Shown: positions 46,170 through 59,698 of the stretch, in pieces
How positions within the stretch are numbered: position 1 is the stretch's first letter
Layout of the letters: every line of letters starts with the position of its first letter
Assembly (NCBI GenBank): GCA_951406725.2
Contig: OX597817.1
Coordinates: 70,308,001 to 70,372,000 of the forward strand
DNA length: 64,000 nucleotides
Direction of reading: 5' to 3'
From: Octopus vulgaris
Lineage: Eukaryota
Notes under the pieces: model-generated
Databases searched by the model: none
What the model was told of the DNA's origin: nothing
What the model saw: only the letters and a program-made list of their open reading frames with translations
Position numbers and translations under genes: made by a program

Positions 46170-46365
46170 TATATTCATTCGCCATGCTTCACTACTAAAT
46201 CTATAAGTTTTTTACATTGCATCTCTGTTTATTTTCTCTTATTCCTTTCTGTTGAAAAGCATAGGCTCGAAATGTAAAAGACTTTTTTATCTTCCTGAGC
46301 GTTAAACTAATACAACTGCTTGTTTTTCATAAACCTGTCTTTGTCTTTTCTGTAAATTTCAACTA
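46170..46365 (+). mobile_element. Penelope-like pLTR fragment with hammerhead-like motif (46245-46280)
   Basis: CTTT-CTGTTGA-A-AAGC[atag]GCTC-GAAA-TGTA-AAAG; flanked by (TA)n. Confidence 0.55.
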
Positions 46366-46896
46366 TATATATAAACTGACACTTCGTCAGTTACGACAAC
46401 AAGGGTTCCAGTTGATCCGATCAACAGAACAGCCTGCTCATGAAATTAACGTGCAAACATATGGCTGAATAGACACAGGCATGTGTACCCTTAAATCCTT
46501 AAAAATGTTTTAGCCCGAAGGCCGCGGCCATGCTGGGGCACCACTGCTGAAAATTGTATCAGGTTCTACCGAGACGTAATTCTCAAGGAGATTCAGCATG
46601 ACACAGAATATGACAAGGGTGGCCCTTTGAAGCACAGTACAATTCATTTTTGCCAGCTGAGTGAACTGGAGAAACGTGAAATAAAGTATCTTCCTCAAGG
46701 CCACAACACATCACCAAGTATTGAACTCATGACCTTATAATCATATACCGAATACCCTAACCATTTAGCCACATGTCTTCACTATATATATATAAAATTA
46801 TAATTTAGGGGATCTAAGAGATACCTTTAAAAGGTTTTTATTCCCACACTGGCCACCTGATAAGGTTGGTATTTAAATATCGATCTTATCCTTATT

Positions 46897-46899
<3 letters not shown>

Positions 46900-46961
<62 letters not shown>

Positions 46962-47277
46962 TTTATGTGTGTGTGTGTGTATATATATACATACATATAT
47001 CATCATCATCGTTTAACGTCCGCTTTCCATGCTAGCATAAATATATATGTATGCATATATATATATATTTATATATATATATGTATGTATGTATGTATTT
47101 ATGTGTGTGTGTATATATATATATACATACATATATATATAAATATATATGTATGCATATATATATATATGCATATATATATATATGCATATATATATAT
47201 GCATACATATATATTTATATATATATGTATGTATATATATATATGCATATATATGTGTATATATATATATATGCATA

Positions 47278-47355
<78 letters not shown>

Positions 47356-47643
47356 TGTATTTATGTGTGTGTGTGTGTATATATATACATACATATATCA
47401 TCATCATCGTTTAACGTCCGCTTTCCATGCTAGCATAAATATATATGTATGCATATATATATATATTTATATATATATATGTATGTATGTATGTATGTAT
47501 TTATGTGTGTGTGTATATATATATATATACATACATATATATATAAATATATATGTATGCATATATATATATGCATATATATATATATGCATATATATAT
47601 ATGCATACATATATATTTATATATATATGTATGTATATATATA

Positions 47644-47708
<65 letters not shown>

Positions 47709-47725
47709 GTATATATGTATGTATG
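46900..47725. repeat. Compound microsatellite containing a ~398-bp tandem duplication
   Basis: catcatcatcgtttaacgtccgctttccatgctagcat at 47001 and 47399 with matching flanks. Confidence 0.8.
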
Positions 47726-50631
47726 CATTTACTTGTTTCAACTATTTCATTGTGGCCATTCAGGAGCACTTATGTGTGTCTGTGCACGTACATATGTTGA
47801 AATAGTTGCAGATTAACAGCCAATGCAAATTGCATCATGGGTTACAAATTTTCTTTAAAAATATGTCCAGTGATGTGGAAGTATAACCATGCTTGGAAAC
47901 AAGTAGACGAGTGGTGACGGGAAGGACATTCATGCATACAATATCATTAATGTTGAGTGCTTAGTGTATTTTAATTAAGTATTGTCATCTAAAAAATAAC
48001 TATACATAGTGAGAATAGTCGAATGGGAGAAATGTTGAAGTGCATTAGACTTTCTAATCTGTTAGTGGAGGGGGGAATCTTCCAGTTTGATAACTCTAAT
48101 TTGATGAAATGCATACATCTTGTAATATTTTCTGACATCAAGTTGAGAAGGTTAGTGCAGTTCTTTGATCTAACATGGATGTGTTAACATGGATGTGTTC
48201 TTTCAGCTATACAGAGTCAGCACTTTTTTGACCCATTGATGTGTGGCCTAGATCTAGTGTATGATATTTCCTGTTCAAAGCCACTGTCAACCAGGGAGGT
48301 ATTATAGCAGGGGGCTGCCTTATCAAAAATTTCTTTAGATCAGGAGAGATTAGAGATCTTAATGCTAATGTTACTACAAGATTCACTTGTAGACAAATAA
48401 TAAACCTTAGAGCCAAAAAAAAACTTAGGTACAATAAACAGAATTTACTGGAAAATTTGATTTATTCTGAAGTTATATCCTGATGAGGTTGACTTTGCCA
48501 TTGAGCATTCCAAGGCAAAAATGACTAAAATATGTCAAAGTTGAGCACAGGAATCAACTGTACCCATCTTTCCAAGGTCTTGTGTTTATTTTGAGAGATA
48601 AATAGCAGAATTGGTGAAATGTCCTGAGATATTTAGTTAAGTTCTTTTATGTTCTGAATTAAAATGTTACTAAGATTGTATTTGCTTTTCTATCTCGTGA
48701 GAGTGATAAAAATTTATATTACCCAAATATTCAGTTTGATTTAATCAGTAATATCTTCTCCTAAAATGTATGAGCTCATAGCCAGTGGATGGCCTCCTAT
48801 TGTATACTAGAAATCATTACCATAATGGATGCCAAATTTAGTAGAACACCAGATTGCATGTTTCTGCAATATTTCCTTATGTCAGGGTCAGCTTTGCTTT
48901 TAAACCTTCTCAGACACAACAATATCAGGTGCCAGTCAATAAGTGAGGTGAACAGCTAAATCAACAGCATGTCTGTCTATAAATTATAGCATTGTGCTAA
49001 TGTTATAAATCATAATTAGAAATAAAATTATTCTATCATTGAATAGTGGATCACTAGATTCCATTATCCCTATAGCATTTGAACAGACCATATCCAGCCC
49101 AAATATTCTACCGGTTTTATAATCAAACCTGCCTGATCTAGCTTCTCACATCTACTCTGTAATGTCAATCTAAAACTCAACAATTCATCATTGAAATCTT
49201 GACACTAGGAGATAATGCACGATTAATTCAAAATGATGTGAATCAATATGCATTACATTTGACAAAGTAGGCTGAATGCTAAAGGTTATATGACATTCCT
49301 GGATATAGCATCTTTTAATTACTTTCCAGTAATCACTTTCCTGCAATAGTAATTTGAATTCTGGAGGTACAAACTAAGATTATTTTCAGTTTTTGCACCA
49401 CCAGGAGAGGAGAAATATTGCTGGTGATGGGTGTCACCTGTTTCAGGAGAGACCAATATGTGTTGGCATGCATATTTATTATGCATCTATGTAAATAGGC
49501 ATGAATATAAACATGCCCTTTATTTAATTATTTGATAAGTATCTTATAAACTAAAGGCTCATTTCTAACAAATGCACAAAGAATCAAGACAAAAACAGTA
49601 AAAAAAAGTTACATGCTGAACTTCAGGAAAGTTTTGCAGATTTTTACTGTTCCACTTACGGACTGAATTTATGGAGTATGTGCAAGATGTGGTATGAGAG
49701 AAATGGGCACAGCTGCTTGGATGCTGATGATTTGTCATGGCAGACTGGGCATTCAACTGGTTTTGCTTAGAGTTTGTTTAGTCACTTGAGGTACACACAC
49801 ACACGCACAAGCAGAAATATATGCAAAGATGGAGAGAGAGAGAGAGAAAATGAGAGAAACATTAAAATATTTAATGTCAATTAAATTAGATATTAATATA
49901 GGTGTTTTAATATATATATATATATATATACGGATATACGTATATATTTTTTGCATTTCTTATTAGGATACAACATGGTTTGAACTCCGCATGCTAGCCT
50001 GTCCCGCATTAAGGTTGTTGGTTTCTTACTGCGTTAAATATAGGAGTGTCAAATGGAGCTGATTATTGAGCCCAAATTTACAGTTACTGTGTCATGCCTT
50101 CCAGTATGCTCTTAATTACACACACAAATAAATAATACAGAGATATATCCATACGCACATACATACATATCGCAATGCATCATATACATGATGAGGTAAC
50201 CTTATTCAGGTGATACTGGTGACTACTTACACAAAAAAAACGGACTCAATATGCTTGAACGTAGAGTAGAATAGTTATTAAAGATAGTGTATCCAATGAT
50301 TAGCATTTGTATTATATATATGAGTGTGTGTGTATCCTTTGGTTACATGTACATAGACATATATATTCATGTGTATATATTTTCATATACATATATTTAC
50401 ATACATGCAGATATATGCACACATGTACATATTCATATATGTATTTACACATAGATATATATATTATTATAAATGAGTAAACCTGTGACGGGCTGGCATT
50501 CTATTCAGGGGCAATGTTGCTCCGCCTGCCTAGCAAATGGGGTGGCATCATTTGAAGGCTACAACTATGCAAGGAAGCACGCACATTGCGACCAGCAGAG
50601 TATAACCACATCTGACAGTAATGTCAATACA

Positions 50632-50634
<3 letters not shown>

Positions 50635-50712
<78 letters not shown>

Positions 50713-50943
50713 CATATATATACATATACATATATATATACATATATATACATATATATACATATACATATATATATACATATATATACATATACATATA
50801 TATATACATATATATACATATATATACATATACATATATATATACATATATATACATATACATATATATATACATATATATACATATACATATATATATA
50901 TATACATATATATACATATACATATATATATACATATATATAC

Positions 50944-50990
<47 letters not shown>

Positions 50991-51070
50991 TATATACACA
51001 CACATACATTACATACATATATATATAAATTTATATACATATGTATACATTTTTATATTTATATATACAT
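50635..51070. repeat. (TA)n/(TATACA)n microsatellite
   Basis: Direct inspection. Confidence 0.95.
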
Positions 51071-52008
51071 GCACATATGTAATTGTAAGATCCCAGGATC
51101 TAGATGCTGGAAGTTAATGAGCTTCGGGTAGTCCATGGTAGGTATAAAAAACAACTTTTCGGAACAATAATAGTTTATTGGCATAGAAGGTTGTAGGTTT
51201 TTCCCATATTGAAGTCCGATAAGCTAAAAAAAGTTTTTTTATAGTTCATGGTTACCAACCAGGATTTCTATGAATGCAAATAAAAATCCAAATTGAAGTT
51301 ATGGACCATACATACACATATATACATACTTATACATACACTTATATACCTATGTATGTATCTGCATGTACGGATGGTTGAGCAAAAGACAAACTGCAAA
51401 ACCATGGTTTGAAATATATCCTATAGAAATCAACATGTGTATGCATGCATAATCCTCTGTATGCATGTTAATTTCTTGCATATAAATAACGATTATATAC
51501 ATTAAAACACAGTTTTATAATCGCTCCTTTTGTAGATCAAGCAAAACTGTGTAGTGCAAATTGTGTTGAATGTTTATTTCACACAAATTAACAGAGATAC
51601 ATATAGATAGATATATGTATATATTTCTAAGATTCTACTCGGGTGGTTTTTTTAAAAGTGCAAAACAAAAAGTGTCTCGATGCGTTGCAGATTTTTAAAA
51701 AATATAATTAAAATCTTTAGAAAATCTATACAAATAGTTGAGTGCCTTTACATAAGTATGGCATATAAAATGAGGTAACAGCTTTCTACATTTCTTTTCA
51801 AAATATTTTGAACTTTAAAAGCTTAAGATTTCTTAACTTTTCATGTGAAGTGGGCCAATAACATTTTCTTTGATCTCCAGTGCATCAGAAAACTTAAAAA
51901 GACTGAACCACCCACTAATCTACACAGTTCTAACATTAAGTTGTGTTGAGCATTTAAACATTTTTTTCCTAAAGCAATATATATATATATATGTGTGGGT
52001 GAGTGTGC

Positions 52009-52055
<47 letters not shown>

Positions 52056-52726
52056 TACATATATACACATATATATGTATGTATGTTTATAGTCTCGTCA
52101 CACAGTATGTGATGCAGATTCCTGTCTGGTCTGTTGATTACATCAAAGGTACATGTATCCATGGAAAACTCGGACAAATTCTCTACAATTCACTAAGTAG
52201 GTAGTTCTGTCAATCAAACAACTGCGCTTTGCATCGTCAAAATCAGCGCGACGGTCCTGACCACTGTCATAATCATCAGAGTCACTGTCGATGTCATCAT
52301 ATACGCAAGTACTCCTGATGGCCGAGTCGACAAGTATTTTTCAGCAGTTTCTTTGACCCGAGATACTTAACCCTCAAGGACCTGTAAAGCACCGAGTTGC
52401 AAATAGGTACCATATTGTGGAATGGTAAGCGTTTACTGCTGTAAGAATCAGCAAATAAGCAACTCTGAAAATTTCAAGAACGAGTGTTTCATTGGCTGGT
52501 CACATTTTGTTAACTCCTCCCATGGGTGTGGCTATAACAAAGTTGGTGTCCCACTCCTCTTTTCTGCTAATCAATAATGAGGATCACTAAGAGATAGACA
52601 GCTGATCATTTGGAGTAAAATATCTGAGATTATATAAGTTAGTCACTTTTTCTATCTTTCCGCCTCACATTTCGCTCATTTTCTATTTTTTCGATCATTT
52701 TCTATTTCTTTGTTTTGTATATGTGT

Positions 52727-52766
<40 letters not shown>

Positions 52767-53108
52767 CATACACACACACATGTATATTTAGTACCCTTCT
52801 GTGTGTTTGTGTAATTCCATTTTTTTGCCACCTGACGGATCACACATAACATGAAACTCCGAGGAGCAACACAATGAACCATCCGCTTTGAATGTCTCGA
52901 TAAGGTTTACTTCATATGTCGAGTACTCTTTTTCTGTTCACATATCAAATCATCAACACATGTACACACAAATACACATATAACATAAACATACATACAC
53001 ACACACATATGCGAGCATTTATAGACACACTATACGCAACTGCACTTATAGCTGCGCATGCGCACACGTATATGTGTAAATATAACGCGAGTTAACAGGA
53101 TTATGTGC

Positions 53109-53172
53109 TCAGCAGTGGTGCCCCAGCATAGCCGCGGCCTTCGGGCTAAAACATTTTTAAGGATTTAAGGAT
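53109..53172 (+). mobile_element. Short LINE-like 3' tail with (TTTAAGGA)n end
   Basis: Near-identical to the minus-strand insertion at ~46489-46573. Confidence 0.65.
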
Positions 53173-54240
53173 ACTTTTAAAGACATCATGTGATTGAAAT
53201 TAGTCAACTGTTCAAAAAGTTTAAAATCTATATACATATGTGTAGAAATGCAGAGCAGAGCGGTTGTGCGTGTATAAGTTTGTGCATGTATATATATATA
53301 TATATATATATACAAGAGTGTTTGTGGGATATTATGAAGAAGATCTGACTGCTCTTTCTAGCAGTTTGCAGAAGTACATCATCGAAGTAGCTTTGTATCA
53401 GCAGAGGTGTATGAATATGCGTGTGTGTATACACATACACACAAAAATGCTCAAACCCAAACATATATATATATATGCAAATACAGATCGACATGCCTAT
53501 ATATACACATATGAATATATGTTTATGAATGTATATACATACATGCATGCATATGTATAGATATAAGGAAGCCTCGATGTTCTAGCACAAATTGGTCGAA
53601 AACCCTTAAACAACTCTTCAAAAATTAGAAGGACATATTACGCAATGGTAAACACAGATGCTTCTAGAAAGATGGAATGTTTCTAGATGGAATGTGAATG
53701 ATTATAGACCTGCTCAGGCAATATGCATGCATATACACACACAATGTGATTATGTATAGATTCTCTTGGTTTAAGTTAGTGGACTGCGATAATGCTGGGG
53801 CACTGACTTTAAATACAGGGAGTTGATGTGGTCAATTCCTAGAACTACTGTATCAATTAATAGCTATTTTTACATCGTCAGAGGAATGGAAAGGAAATTA
53901 GACCTCAATAGGATTTAAGTCAAGACACAGAATGGCTTCAGCGAAAAGGCATAAGGTATGTCACTTGATGTTCTACTGATTCTAATATTCACCTGTATAA
54001 TATCTATTGTGTGTGTGTATGTGCGAGTGTATGCATGCGTGCGTGCATGCACAAACACAGATGTGATACAATCAAAACAACAGCAGAAAAATAACTACTC
54101 ATATAAATATATATCAATATGGACACACATACATACATACACAAATATATATGAACACATGAAAAAGCTATGCATTTGTCTCATATTGTCATATGCATGC
54201 CTGTATAAGTAGTATATATGTGCGTGTGCTTATGAATGTA

Positions 54241-54298
<58 letters not shown>

Positions 54299-54428
54299 GC
54301 TTAAAGGTTTACAGCAGTTACAACTTTCAAATCCTGCAGATGATGTTACAATGTTTTTTTCTGTCTTCCTCTTACACACACACACACACATGAGAACAAA
54401 GTGTACGTACGTCGCTATATATATATAT

Positions 54429-54710
54429 AAAATAAAATACAAAATGAGACAAGAATGCAAAACATCCGGACAACTAGGTGATACAAAAGGGGACAACAAA
54501 ACATCCAGATAGACGATACAAAAAAAACATGGCCGGGTCATTCGAAGCCTTTTATCTTCAGTCAAGAACCGGATAGATTAATCAGCCGAAATTGTGAGGA
54601 TGATCCGGTTCTTGACTGAAGATAAAAGGCTTTGAATGACCCGTCCGTGTCTTTTTTGTATCATCTATCTACATGTTTTGCGTTCTTGTCCCAATTTGTA
54701 TTTTATTTTA
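54429..54710. mobile_element. Palindromic Penelope-like remnant in (TA)n
   Basis: Inverted arms 54429-54574 and 54603-54710; the spacer contains aatcagccGAAA. Confidence 0.6.
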
Positions 54711-54940
54711 TATATAGATATATAGATAGATAGATAGATAGATTGATATACATACATATATATATGTGCATTCATGCACACACATACCTATACACAATTA
54801 CAAACACAACATAAATGCTGAAGGTAAACATTAGTTTTAAGGATCCATAAGATTCCGAAATAGAAAGAAGATATCACTCGTTACAGTGACAGAAGCATTA
54901 ATGGGCCAGACTGTACCGCTTGTAGTATTTACTCCAGCTC

Positions 54941-55287
54941 TCGCATGGCTCAGTGGTTAGAGCATCGAGCTTACGATCGTGAGGTTGTGAGCTCGAATCC
55001 CGGACCGGGCTGCGTGTTGTCTTCTTGAGCAAGGCACTTTATTTCACGTTGCTCCAGTTCACTCAGCTGTAGAAATGAGTTGCGATGTCATTGGTGCCAA
55101 GCTGTATCGACCTTTGTCTTTCCCTTGGATAACACTGGTGGCGTGGAGAGGGGAGACTGGTATGCATGGGCGACTGCTGGTCTTCTATAAACAACCTTGC
55201 CCGGACTTGTGTCTAGGAGGGTAACTTTCTAGGTGCAATCCCATGGTCACTCATGACCGAAGGGGGTCTTTACCCCTTTACCCTTAC
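54941..55287 (+). mobile_element. Young tRNA-derived SINE
   Basis: tggctcagtggttagagc A box, gagctcgaatccc B box and (tttaccc)n tail. Confidence 0.85.
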
Positions 55288-55364
55288 ATTTTGAACTCAA
55301 ATCTCACTGTTGTTGTAACAGCGTGTCACTACATCCATCACTTGATGGTGATTCTTAAATACTG

Positions 55365-55615
55365 GTGGAGGCACATGGCTAAGTGGTTAGGGTGTTGGAC
55401 TCATGATTGTAAGATTGTGGTTTCGATTCCTGGACCAGGCAATTTATTGTGTCCTTGAGCAAGACACTTTATTTTCACCCTGCTCCATTTCACTCAACTG
55501 GCAAAAATGAGTAATCTTGTGATGGACTGGCATCCCATCCAGGTAGGGAATAGATTGACCATGTAAACTGGGAAACCAGCCCTTATGAGCTGGTATGACT
55601 CGAGAAAGAAAAGGA
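55365..55615 (+). mobile_element. tRNA-derived SINE
   Basis: tggctaagtggttaggg...ggtttcgattcc...ccttgagcaagacact. Confidence 0.8.
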
Positions 55616-56229
55616 AGGATTCTCAACTATTCCTGGCAGATGATGCCTTTGCACCACTCAGGTAAGAACCCTCCAACCCATGGGTCTTCTTGGATAGTTG
55701 TTGCTGGTTAGGGTTTTACAAGGCCAGAGTGCAAGTCCTACCTCAACTTCTTTTAGTTACTTTTGCAACATGCAGAAGAAATGTTGGGTCTGTTCTTTCG
55801 CATGTCAGTCCCCATAGTGCTCTAGAGCAACATGAAATGAAGAACACAACACACTGCCCAGTCCAAGAATTGAACCCATGATCTGGCTATCATTGGTGCA
55901 ACACTCTAACAACTAGGCTAAGTCCCTTCAAAGGTTTATAAATGAAATACTGGTGTAGGGGATGGACTAACTGCATGGGATGGGATGCTTTACAATGTAC
56001 ATTCTGACTCTATTTATTCTGAGTTCAAATCCTGCAATGGTCTACCAGCCAACATGGAAAGGATTGGAACATCATCTGCACAACCATAGCTAACTATGGA
56101 TAGTATTAGAATAGTCACAGGTGCTCAACTTACTAAGAGGAGCTGATAGCTGATGATGGTGGTAGCGGTGGTGGCATGATGGTGGTAGTGGTGGTGGCAT
56201 GATGGTGGTGATGACAATGATGATGGTAA

Positions 56230-56263
<34 letters not shown>

Positions 56264-56478
56264 GGCATTGATGATGTCTCATTTATGTCAATTAATGTTG
56301 AAACCTTGATGTGGTCACTAGGGCAGCTCAAAGAAATAGCAGCCAAACCTCGCTTAAATCATGCATACCATCATAAAAGTACAGAAAGCCACAGTGGATT
56401 ATGCAATTAGTCTTGAAACACATCTGACAAATAGACAGTATAGTCACAGCTGGAGTGCCTCTGATGACAGGTCTATAT

Positions 56479-56737
56479 TAGGGGTTCGCAACCATTTTTA
56501 TTACTTATGGATCCTTTTGATTACTATTTTATTCTGGTACTCCCTCATAATCATTCGATATAGATATTTCTTTCAAAATTCCCAATTTCTTTGTTGCACA
56601 TTCACTTGTATAGGTCGAGCTATATAAAACATTCAAGAAACAAATCTAGCAATTTCTTAAGGCAGAATTTTGTCATGAACCCTGTGGGTCCCTGATATAC
56701 TATTTTGCTTGTGTGGACCCCCAGTTGAGAACCACTG
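56479..56737. mobile_element. hAT MITE
   Basis: TIRs TAGGGGTTCGCAACC / CAGTGGTTCTCAACT; 8-bp TSD GTCTATAT (56471-56478) / GTCTGTAT (56738-56745). Confidence 0.75.
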
Positions 56738-56923
56738 GTCTGTATGATCGAGGTTGACTGAAAGATAACCAACCATGTCATCAGCCAATGAAGAAGTTTC
56801 TATGTGGTTGCTCAGCCTGTAGAAGTAATAACCAAATTTCCTCCAATCAATATCCTGTAGCTTGAACAAAAAAATTAAGAATACATTAACCATTTAACAT
56901 TCAGATTCCTCTATCAAATGCAA

Positions 56924-58000
56924 AGGTAGGGGTCCATCAAGGATCAGTCATCAGCCCCCTCCTATTTATCATAGTCCTCCAGGCAATAACGGAGGAATTC
57001 AAGACAGGATGTACCTGGGAGCTCCTCTATGCTGATGACCTTGCTCTAATTGCTGAGTCACTATCAGAACTAGAGGAGAAGTTTTAAGTGTGGAAACAAG
57101 GATTAGAATCGAAGGGCCTTAGAGTCAACGTAGTTAAAACCAAACAAAGTCCTAATAAGTAGGAAGGCAGGCAAACCATAAATCCCTTCAGCTCGATCTG
57201 TAGAAAAGGCATAGGTAAAAACTATAAGATGTACCCAGTGTAAGCTATGGACACATAAAAGGTGCAGCAATATCAAAGGAAGGCTAAATAGGAAGATAGT
57301 TTTTGTATGTGGCAGATGCTCAGGAGCAATAAACACTGAAAATGTGCAGAGAACAACTTCATCCACATTCCAGGGAGAAAAACTAGAAGTAGTTGATAGC
57401 TTCCGTTATCTAGGTGACCAAGTCAGTAGCAGGGGTGGGTGTGCTGAAAGTGTAACTGCTAGAATAAGAATAGCCTGGGCAAAGTTCAGAGAGCTCTAAC
57501 CCCTGCTGGTGACAAAAGGCCTCTCGCTCAGAGTAAAAGGCATATGTACAAACAGCCATGCTACATGCTAGTGAAACGTGGGCCGTGACTGCTGAGGACA
57601 TGCGTAAGCTCACAAGGACTGAAGCCAGTATGCTCCGAAGGATGTGTAATGTCAGTGTGCATACTCAACAGAGTGTTAGTACCTTGAGAGTAAAGTTGAA
57701 CCTAAGAAGCATCAGATGTGGTGTGCAAGAGAAATGACTGTGTTGGTATGGCCATGTGGCAAGAATGGATGTGGATAACTGGGTGAAAAAGTGTCACACC
57801 CTAGCAGTTGAGGGAACCTGTGGAAGAGGTAGACCCAGGAAGACCTGGGATGAGGTGGTGAAGCATGACCTTCGAACACTGGGCCTCACCGAGGTAATTA
57901 ATAGTGATCGGGACCTTTGGAAATATGCTGTGCTTGAGAAGACCCGGCAAGCTAAGTGAGCCCACCTATGCATACCTTTCTTTCATTGGACACTAAACTC
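56924..58000 (+). mobile_element. 5'-truncated RTE-clade LINE (RT pseudogene) with PHD finger insertion
   Basis: VGVHQGSVISPLLF...LLYADDLAL...GLRVN...FRYLG...WYGHVARM...GRGRPRKTW..., stop at 57959; contains stops and frameshifts. Confidence 0.92.
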
Positions 58001-58181
58001 TCCTCATTGGTATCATTATTGAACCTGGAGCTTAACTATAGTCTGTCCATAGAACTTACTCAGCATTACCTGACACCTTTGGGTCTTCTTGACACCAATA
58101 CCTCTCATACCCTATATATATATACACACACATATATGTGTATACTTATACATATGTATATATATGCACATACATATATGT

Positions 58182-58224
<43 letters not shown>

Positions 58225-58260
58225 CATACATATGTATACATATATATATATGTGTATGCA

Positions 58261-59100
58261 CTAGCTGATGTACCCGGTAATTCCTGGGAAAGCAGGGCTT
58301 ATCCCTTGGTTCCGTTCTCATAATTGTTTCGCTAATCCAATAAAAACAAAGTATGTAGCCCTTAAAATGGTTTTTGTGCATTTACAGAGAATACCGATCT
58401 GTCTTATACAGGATCTTGTTTTTATGCATTTCCAATAAGTTATGAATACCTAAATTGTGAAGTCATTTATGTAATAACATGAAATTAGATACCCTGTAGT
58501 AAGAATTCAAATAAAGTAGCCCTGAAAAGGCTTTAATGCATTCCTAGAGTATATAGAACTTAGGAGGAAATGCTAATAAGGTATGTACACTAAAATTGTG
58601 AAGTATGTTATGCAATAACAGGCTAATCAGATATGAGATAATAACAATTCAAAGTAAATAACTCTGAAAAGTGCTTTTGTACATTCCCAGAGAATATTAC
58701 CTAAGGACCGCTAGGGTTGGTATATTCGTAAAAAAATCACTAACTGAAATAAGTAGATCTATTGATTAGGAAAATACTATTTACTTGTTTAAGAGTTGTA
58801 CTGGATAAACTGCGAAAACAACTATAACAGTTCAAATACTAAGAAATAAGCATACTAAATTTGATTTATACCAAATAATTTAGGAAAATGAATGGGTTAT
58901 TTCCTTTGATTTTTAAAAGAAAATATATTAGATATATATAAGGATCCCTTCCAGGGGCCCTATTATCGATTTTTTTTCAACAATCTGAGGTTTCCAGACA
59001 TAAGTTCTACTCATGTGTCAAGTTTCATCAAAATCGATAAAATGATATAGGATGAGTTAGCTAACACACCCACAGGCAAAATTTCCTAATATGTAGTAGA
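58261..59100 (-). mobile_element. Non-autonomous Helitron
   Basis: Minus strand starts A|TCTACTACATATT, contains gatgaaacttgacac, and ends CCCAGGAATTACCGGG-tacatcag-CTAG|T. Confidence 0.85.
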
Positions 59101-59149
59101 TATATATATATATACATATATGTATACATGTATGTTTACATATATTACA

Positions 59150-59510
59150 CTGGCACTCCGTCGTTTACAGCGATGAGGGTTCCATTTGATCCAATCAACG
59201 AAACAGCCTGCACATGAAATTAACATTCAAGTAGCTGAGTACTTCACAGACACATGTGCCCTTAACATAGTTCTCAGGGAGATTTAGCATGCCCTTTGAA
59301 ATACAAGTACAACAGAAACTGGAAGAAAGAGTGAAAGTTGTGGCAAAAGACTATAGCAGGGTTTGCCACCACCCCTGCCGGAACCTGAGTGTTTTCACAC
59401 AGTAAACTCTCACAACGCCCAATCTGGGAATAGAAACTTCAATCCTATGCCCGCGAGTCTGCTGGGCCATTGCACCTCCCTAACCACTGGGCCATTGCAC
59501 TTCCACACAC
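59150..59510 (-). mobile_element. tRNA-derived SINE
   Basis: Head related to 25132-25455; tail related to 3985-4275. Confidence 0.7.
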
Positions 59511-59644
59511 CCACAAACATATATATGTGTGTGTCTATACATATGTATGTATATATGTATAAATATATATATGTATGTGTATCTCTATATATGTATGTAT
59601 ATATGTATAAATATATATGTATACATATATATGTATATGTATAC

Positions 59645-59698
<54 letters not shown>

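Noticed and set aside
49640-49691. Possible plus-strand exon (ttttgcag...gtatga)
   Set aside because: No recognisable peptide and no partner exons.
54615-54640. CTGAAGA...GAAT as a hammerhead
   Set aside because: GAAA box absent and no stem I or III.
54941-55015. tRNA gene
   Set aside because: A/B boxes run directly into a SINE body and tail and no proper acceptor stem forms; the same holds for the other SINE heads.
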